Origin: an uncultured Lachnospiraceae bacterium
GTDB lineage: Bacteria > Bacillota > Clostridia > Lachnospirales > Lachnospiraceae
NCBI GenBank assembly: GCA_964638005.1
Contig: CAZWXS010000003.1
Coordinates: 24,405 to 88,404 of the forward strand
Direction: 5' to 3'
DNA length: 64,000 nt
The position numbers and the translations under genes are program-made. A model generated the notes under the pieces. That model was not told where the DNA came from and ran no database searches. It was given only the letters and a program-made list of their open reading frames with translations. The number at the start of each line of letters is the position of its first letter. Within the stretch, counting starts at the first letter, position 1. Below are positions 59,370 to 64,000 of the stretch, piece after piece.

Positions 59370-60868
59370 AACGAATCGTGACAAGAGAAGAAATGCAGCG
59401 ATTAGAGCAGTATACCATCCGGGAGCATTACGTTTCTTCTCTTATTTTAATGGAAAGAGCAGCATTAACCGTATGTAACTGTATGCAAAGGGAGTCTCTT
59501 CCTCTGGAGAGACCGCTTGTTGTGTGTGGAACCGGCAACAACGGCGGTGACGGACTTGCAATTGCAAGGATCTTGCATGAACGGGGATATGTACCTGAGG
59601 TGGTATTGATCGGTGATCGTACCAAGTTGACATCGGAGGCTTCAATTCAGCTGCAGAGTGTCAAAAGTTACGGCATAGTGTGCTATGACCAAATTCCGGA
59701 TGCTGCATATACTGTTGTTATAGATGCACTGTTCGGTATCGGATTGACCAGAGAGATTACCGGAGTATATCGAGAGACGATTGCTATGATGAATCGTATA
59801 CGGGCAGCAAAGGTGGCAGTCGATATTCCGAGCGGTGTGGATGCAGATACCGGTGTCGTCAGAGGGGTTGCTTTTCATGCGGATATTACGGTGACGTTTG
59901 CATGCGCCAAAATCGGGATGTATCAATATCCCGGAACAGAACATTGCGGCAGAATATTGGTCAGGGATATCGGCATTGAATCCGGGAGATTAGAAGCTCC
60001 GGTGATCAGAATGTATGAAGCGGGTGATCATGTACTGCCTGAGAGAAAGCAGCATTCTCATAAGGGAACCTATGGTAAGGTATTGTTGATCGCAGGCAGT
60101 CCGGATATGTGCGGAGCCGCTGTTTTATCGGCAGAGGCAGTGATGCGAAGCGGAGCAGGGATGGTTCGGGTAGTTACGACCGCGGAAAACAGAGAGCCGC
60201 TCCTAAAGAGACTTCCGGAAGCGATGCTGATGCTGTATGATGAATGTTTCATGAACGAAGAAAGCAATCAAAGAGCTCTGTCAGATGCCATTGCGTGGGC
60301 GGATGTCGTAGGGATAGGCCCCGGGATATCCGAGTCGGAGACGGCGGCAGGGCTTGTTGAATATATTATTTTTAGTGCAGATAAGCCGTTGGTAATAGAT
60401 GCGGATGCCTTGAATATCATTGCCAAAAAACAGCCGGAGATATGTTTCGGGGACAGGGAAGTTGTGGTCACTCCGCATATTAGGGAAATGGCGAGGCTGA
60501 GCGGGAAATTGTCAGAATCGATCGCGGGCGATACGGTTGCAAGTGCTCGCGAGTATGCCGCAGAGCATCAGGTGGTCTGTGTACTCAAGGATGCAAGAAC
60601 GGTTACGGCGAATGCTGACGGCAACTGTTTTTATAATACGGCAGGAAACAGTGGTATGGCAACTGCGGGCTCGGGCGATGTGCTGACTGGAATCATATGC
60701 GGATTGAAGGCACAGGGAATGACCGCATTTGAGGCGGCAGCGGCAGGCGTATATATCCATGCGACAGCCGGAGACAAAGCAGCAGAACGCAGGAGTGAGT
60801 ATGGCATGACTGCCTCAGACATCATCATGTGCCTGACAGAAACAGAAGCGGAGATGACTGACAGATGA
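59366..60868 (+). CDS. nnr: Bifunctional NAD(P)H-hydrate epimerase / ADP-dependent dehydratase
   Basis: N-terminal YjeF_N (CGTGNNGGDG) and a C-terminal carbohydrate-kinase-like domain (HKGTYG, GSGDVLTG). Confidence 0.92.
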   Translation: MKRIVTREEMQRLEQYTIREHYVSSLILMERAALTVCNCMQRESLPLERPLVVCGTGNNGGDGLAIARILHERGYVPEVVLIGDRTKLTSEASIQLQSVKSYGIVCYDQIPDAAYTVVIDALFGIGLTREITGVYRETIAMMNRIRAAKVAVDIPSGVDADTGVVRGVAFHADITVTFACAKIGMYQYPGTEHCGRILVRDIGIESGRLEAPVIRMYEAGDHVLPERKQHSHKGTYGKVLLIAGSPDMCGAAVLSAEAVMRSGAGMVRVVTTAENREPLLKRLPEAMLMLYDECFMNEESNQRALSDAIAWADVVGIGPGISESETAAGLVEYIIFSADKPLVIDADALNIIAKKQPEICFGDREVVVTPHIREMARLSGKLSESIAGDTVASAREYAAEHQVVCVLKDARTVTANADGNCFYNTAGNSGMATAGSGDVLTGIICGLKAQGMTAFEAAAAGVYIHATAGDKAAERRSEYGMTASDIIMCLTETEAEMTDR

Positions 60869-62043
60869 AGAAAGAATATAAGAGAGTATGCGCACATGTG
60901 GATCTGGATGCGATACTGACCAATATGAGAAATATGCACGGGAACATTCCTGCCGAAACAAGGATGCTTGCCGTTATCAAGACGGACGGATATGGTCACG
61001 GCGCAGTGCCGATTGCACGGGAACTGGAACAGGAGGCTTATGTGTTCGGCTATGCTGTTGCAACGGCGGAGGAAGCACTAATCCTGCAAAGAGCCGGAAT
61101 GAAGAAGCCAATATTAATCCTTGGGTATACATTTTCAGACGCATATGAGGATTTTGCGAGATTTGATATCAGACCGACAGTATTTAAAGAAGAGACTGCG
61201 AGACAGTTATCGGAATGCGCGTGTCGGATGAACAGGAAAATTAAGATACATTTGAAGATAGATACGGGTATGTCACGTATCGGGTTTTGCACGGATGAAG
61301 CATCTGTTGCTGTCATACGGAGGATTTTGGAGCTGCCGATGCTGGAGGCAGAGGGGATATTTACACATTTTGCAAAGGCAGATTATGAGGATAAGTCTGC
61401 TGCAATGCGACAGCTTTCAATGTTTCGTTCCTATGTGGAACGATTGGAAGAGAAGACAGGATACAGTTTTCCTTTGAAGCATTGTGCAAACAGTGCAGCG
61501 ATCATGGAATTGGGAGAAGCCTGTGACGGCTGGAATCTTGTAAGAGCAGGTATTTCTTTATATGGCTTATGGCCGTCGGAGGAAATGCGCAGGGATCTGA
61601 TCGCATTGAAACCGGCACTTTCCCTAAAGAGTCATATTGTATATATCAAGGAAATCGAGGCAGGAACACAGGTCAGCTATGGAGGAACCTATACGGCTGC
61701 ACGTCGTATGCGTCTGGCGACTATACCGGTAGGATACGGAGACGGCTATCCGAGGACGTTGTCCAATCAGGGCGAGGTTCTGATCAGAGGAAAGCGGGCA
61801 AGGATATGCGGGCGTGTATGTATGGATCAGTTCATGGTCGATGTGACGGATATTCCGGAGGCTTGTGAGTACGATGAGGTAATACTGATCGGTCATGACG
61901 GGACAGACAGCGTGACCGCGGAGGAATTGGGAGAATTGTCGGGAAGATTCAATTATGAGCTGCTGTGTGATCTGAACAAACGGATACCGAGAGTGTATTA
62001 CAAAGATCAGGTTATCGTCGATCAGATGGATTATAGTGATTAA
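60865..62043 (+). CDS. alr: Alanine racemase
   Basis: AVIKTDGYGHG (PLP lysine), PVGYGDGYPR and VCMDQFMVDV. Confidence 0.95.
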   Translation: MKKEYKRVCAHVDLDAILTNMRNMHGNIPAETRMLAVIKTDGYGHGAVPIARELEQEAYVFGYAVATAEEALILQRAGMKKPILILGYTFSDAYEDFARFDIRPTVFKEETARQLSECACRMNRKIKIHLKIDTGMSRIGFCTDEASVAVIRRILELPMLEAEGIFTHFAKADYEDKSAAMRQLSMFRSYVERLEEKTGYSFPLKHCANSAAIMELGEACDGWNLVRAGISLYGLWPSEEMRRDLIALKPALSLKSHIVYIKEIEAGTQVSYGGTYTAARRMRLATIPVGYGDGYPRTLSNQGEVLIRGKRARICGRVCMDQFMVDVTDIPEACEYDEVILIGHDGTDSVTAEELGELSGRFNYELLCDLNKRIPRVYYKDQVIVDQMDYSD

Positions 62044-62103
62044 CACTTTGATAAATTGGCAATACTAGACACCAGATAAAGAATGAAGGGTGTGTATTGT
62101 GAT

Positions 62104-62451
62104 ATGATAATCAAACGTGGAGACATATATTATGCAGATTTAAGACCTGTGATTGGTTCGGAACAGGGAGGCATCAGGCCGGTTCTGATCATCCAGAACG
62201 ATGTTGGCAATAAGCACAGTCCTACAGTCATCTGTGCGGCCATTACATCAAAGATGAATAAAGCAAAGCTGCCTACGCATATTGAACTGTCGGCAGACAG
62301 ATACGAGATGGTCAAAGATTCCGTGATATTGCTTGAGCAGCTTCGTACAATTGATAAATTAAGATTAAAGGATCGGGTATGCCGTTTGGATGCGGCGATG
62401 ATGAGCAGGGTGGATGATGCGATCCGCATCAGCCTGGAGCTTGTTACATAA
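62104..62451 (+). CDS. mazF: MazF/EndoA (PemK family) mRNA interferase toxin
   Basis: [36 protein letters not shown]...KLPTHIEL...[12 protein letters not shown] is collinear with B. subtilis EndoA as I recall it. ATG 62083 is an alternative start. Confidence 0.9.
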   Translation: MIIKRGDIYYADLRPVIGSEQGGIRPVLIIQNDVGNKHSPTVICAAITSKMNKAKLPTHIELSADRYEMVKDSVILLEQLRTIDKLRLKDRVCRLDAAMMSRVDDAIRISLELVT

Positions 62452-62460
62452 GGAGGAAAC

Positions 62461-63522
62461 GTGGAATTTATACTGTTACTTGTGGGTATTTCACTGATTT
62501 ACGGATTGGGTGAAGCAATCAGACACGTACGTGAGCATACGTCAGAACGGTTTTTAAAGGTACTGTTTGTAGATGCGTTTATTTATTTGATCATGCCATA
62601 TCGCTATATTGTCATGTCCATCGGCAAAGGCTTTGCGCGTCTGTTCGGGATGAAGCCGGGGCTGGATATAGAAGACGTGACTGAGGAAGAGATCATTTCC
62701 ATGGTCAATGAGGGGCATGAGCAGGGTGTGTTGCAGGCGAGTGAGGCAGAGATGATCACCAATATCTTTGAACTTGATGATAAGGAAGCCAAGGACATCA
62801 TGACACATCGCAAGAATATTCTGGCGTTAGACGGAGCTATGACATTAGGCGATGCAGTGAAGTTCATGCTGGAGGAAAAGAACAGCAGATATCCCGTATA
62901 CGAAGAGAACATTGATACTATCATAGGAATCCTACATATTAAAGATGCTTTGCGGCGCTACGAGGATGAAGGTCTCAGACAGACGATGATCAGAGAATTT
63001 CCGGATATGCTGATGGAGGCGCGGTTCATTCCAGAGACGCGCAATATTGATACACTTTTTCGTACGATGCAGTCCGAAAAGATTCATATGGTCATTGTTG
63101 TGGATGAGTACGGTCAGACAGAAGGTCTGGTTGCGATGGAAGACATCTTAGAGGAAATCGTAGGCAACATCATGGATGAATACGATGAAGAGGAAGAGCA
63201 TATCAGGGAAAACGAAGACAATACTTATGTCATGGAAGGAATGACGACGTTGGATGAGGTGGAGGATCTGCTCGGAATCGACTTTCAGGATGAAGAGTTT
63301 GATACCATCAACGGATTCCTGATAGAGAAGCTGGGCAGGATTCCGGAGGACGACGAGCAATTTGACATAGATCATGCCGGTTATAACTTTAAAATTTTGG
63401 ACGTTGAAAACAGGATGATTACTTCTGTTCTGGTTACAAAGATAGAGGCGGACGAGCCGGATGCAGAACCGGAGACCACTGATCATGAGAAGGACATAGA
63501 ACAGCCGAGAACAGCCGGTTGA
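62461..63522 (+). CDS. CNNM/CorC-HlyC family protein with a shortened N-terminal membrane domain
   Basis: CBS pair (IMTHRKNILAL..., RYPVYEENIDTIIGILHIKD) and a CorC_HlyC C-terminal domain. Only about 60 aa precede the linker. GTG start after AAGGAGG. Confidence 0.85.
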   Translation: MEFILLLVGISLIYGLGEAIRHVREHTSERFLKVLFVDAFIYLIMPYRYIVMSIGKGFARLFGMKPGLDIEDVTEEEIISMVNEGHEQGVLQASEAEMITNIFELDDKEAKDIMTHRKNILALDGAMTLGDAVKFMLEEKNSRYPVYEENIDTIIGILHIKDALRRYEDEGLRQTMIREFPDMLMEARFIPETRNIDTLFRTMQSEKIHMVIVVDEYGQTEGLVAMEDILEEIVGNIMDEYDEEEEHIRENEDNTYVMEGMTTLDEVEDLLGIDFQDEEFDTINGFLIEKLGRIPEDDEQFDIDHAGYNFKILDVENRMITSVLVTKIEADEPDAEPETTDHEKDIEQPRTAG

Positions 63523-63533
63523 AGGAAAAGAGG

Positions 63534-63562
63534 TTGAAACGAAAGATAAATGATGTTACAAT
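63534..63562 (+). promoter_or_regulatory. Promoter for the yebC-like gene
   Basis: TTGAAA (63534-63539), 17 nt spacer, TGTTACAAT (TACAAT at 63557-63562). Confidence 0.55.
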
Positions 63563-63592
63563 AGCACGTAGAAAAAAGAGAGGTTGGTACAT

Positions 63593-64000
63593 ATGTCAGG
63601 ACATTCAAAATTTGCAAATATTAAACACAAAAAAGAAAGAAACGATGCGGCAAAGGGCAAGATCTTTACGATTATCGGCCGTGAGATTGCAGTAGCAGTC
63701 AAGGAGGGCGGAGCGGATCCTAATAATAATTCCAGACTGCGTGACGTGATTGCCAAGGCAAAGGCCAACAATATGCCGAACGATACGATCGACAGAGGTA
63801 TCAAGAAGGCAGCGGGAGATGCTGCAAGCGTAAATTATGAATATGTTTCTTATGAGGGCTACGGGCCGAACGGAATTGCGATTATTGTTGATGCATTGAC
63901 AGATAATAAGAACCGTACGGCGGCAAATGTCAGGAATGCCTTTACCAAAGGCAACGGTAATGTTGGGACACCGGGATGTGTTTCCTTCATGTTCGACAAG
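63593..64000 (+). CDS. YebC/PmpR family transcriptional regulator (5' part, runs off the window)
   Basis: [62 protein letters not shown] is the canonical YebC N-terminus. Open to base 64000. Confidence 0.93.
   Translation, partial: MSGHSKFANIKHKKERNDAAKGKIFTIIGREIAVAVKEGGADPNNNSRLRDVIAKAKANNMPNDTIDRGIKKAAGDAASVNYEYVSYEGYGPNGIAIIVDALTDNKNRTAANVRNAFTKGNGNVGTPGCVSFMFDK

Noticed and set aside
1-64000. Scanned for mobile elements, prophage, CRISPR arrays, tRNA/rRNA genes and recognisable defence islands
   Set aside because: I saw no transposase, integrase or recombinase, no terminal inverted repeats, no repeat-spacer arrays and no cloverleaf-like or rRNA-like segments. Gene content is overwhelmingly housekeeping and co-directional.

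Overview
This window looks like a 64 kb core-chromosome segment of an anaerobic, spore-forming Firmicute, probably Clostridia or Lachnospiraceae-like. That guess rests on gene content: rnfCDGEAB plus apbE, nrdDG, a GerA-family protein, SleB/CwlJ, ppdK and rex. I call about 60 CDSs, nearly all on the + strand and tightly packed. They include era, a yqzL-like gene, recO, glyQS, ppdK, pyk, a CPBP-PadR-DUF2812 operon, asnA, an MFS transporter, alaS, rpsU (58 aa, missing from the ORF track), a GGDEF cyclase, two DD-carboxypeptidases, scpAB, a Na+-pump biotin decarboxylase operon, a TetR regulator with a BaiN-like flavoprotein, ispH plus S1, cheR, the full Rnf cluster with convergent apbE, a GH25 muramidase, a SleB-like hydrolase, a double-AP2 protein, nrdDG with NrdR boxes, dut, an orphan GerA-family protein, degV, a CBS protein, an MCP, an [FeFe]-hydrogenase-like protein, gltX, a UvrD-like helicase, rex, nnr, alr, mazF, a short CNNM/CorC protein and the 5' part of yebC. 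I found no rRNA, tRNA, CRISPR array, IS element, integrase or prophage. I also found no convincing novel multi-gene system, so the region is mostly housekeeping. The best leads are: (1) an intact MazF toxin right after alr with no room for an antitoxin; (2) a decarboxylase operon with two different carboxyltransferases sharing one BCCP and one Na+ pump; (3) a 230-nt highly structured spacer inside that operon, with a recurring GCATGTCG/CGACATGC motif; (4) a promoter-to-terminator leader or sRNA candidate upstream of ppdK; (5) an [FeFe]-hydrogenase-like gene wedged between an MCP and gltX; (6) a Rex/CRP-like perfect palindrome in an orphan noncoding stretch. All family assignments come from reading motifs by eye; no searches were run.
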